Below are positions 63,835 through 64,000 of a stretch of DNA of 64,000 bases, piece by piece (position 1 is the stretch's first letter; each line of letters begins with the position of its first letter). The notes below the pieces were generated by a model, which ran no database searches, was not told the origin of the DNA, and saw only the letters and a list, made by a program, of their open reading frames with translations. The stretch is from a virus. The translations under genes and the position numbers were made by a program. The stretch covers positions 1 through 64,000 of the IMG/VR virus record IMGVR_UViG_3300037258_000161; one strand, 5' to 3'.

Positions 63835-64000
63835 ATGATCGCAAGGATGGTGGTCCGGAGGGCGGTGCGGCAGTCGCGCCGCAACTCCCGCGCGCGGCGC
63901 CCGAGGCCGGCGGTGCGCGTGATCGTCATCCCCGCGGCGCGGCGGGTGCAGGCGGTGCGCAGTGAGCGCACGGCGCGGCCGGCATGGGCGGACGTGAGCG
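63835..64000 (+). CDS. Arg-rich hypothetical protein (3' truncated)
   Basis: TACTGT -10 six nt before ATG; frame open to the window end. Confidence 0.4.
   Translation, partial: MIARMVVRRAVRQSRRNSRARRPRPAVRVIVIPAARRVQAVRSERTARPAWADVS

Overview
The whole window reads as one high-GC actinobacterial temperate siphophage genome segment. No host housekeeping genes are visible. Layout: (i) 1-12.5 kb (+): replication genes (initiator-like C-terminus, TOPRIM primase-AAA helicase, SSB), a long run of small coupled accessory genes, then RtcB and tRNA-Pro(UGG). (ii) 12.5-17.6 kb (-): RlaP-like nucleotidyltransferase, CCA-adding/HD enzyme, HNH, a catalytic-domain-only tyrosine recombinase and a large serine recombinase. 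(iii) 17.6-18.2 kb: a promoter-led, hairpin-dense non-coding tract containing a tRNA-like T-arm. (iv) 18.3-21.3 kb: mostly + strand small accessory genes. (v) 20.6-59.7 kb (-): the late operon, running from HNH, TerS, TerL, portal, head and tail genes and tape measure through five paralogous fibre/spike genes to a multi-gene lysis cassette. It is interrupted by antisense morons. (vi) 60-64 kb: a divergent arm of mainly + strand genes. Most notable: a compact tRNA/RNA-repair island (RtcB + tRNA + RlaP + CCA/HD, plus a deleted HAD phosphatase) near a candidate ~550-nt structured ncRNA; a small head-region protein whose N-terminus copies the major capsid N-arm with synonymous codon divergence; seven C-GGAAU-G hairpins in three late-gene leaders; and a dif/lox-like site upstream of a mini tyrosine recombinase. 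All family calls come from motif recognition by eye, not database searches.
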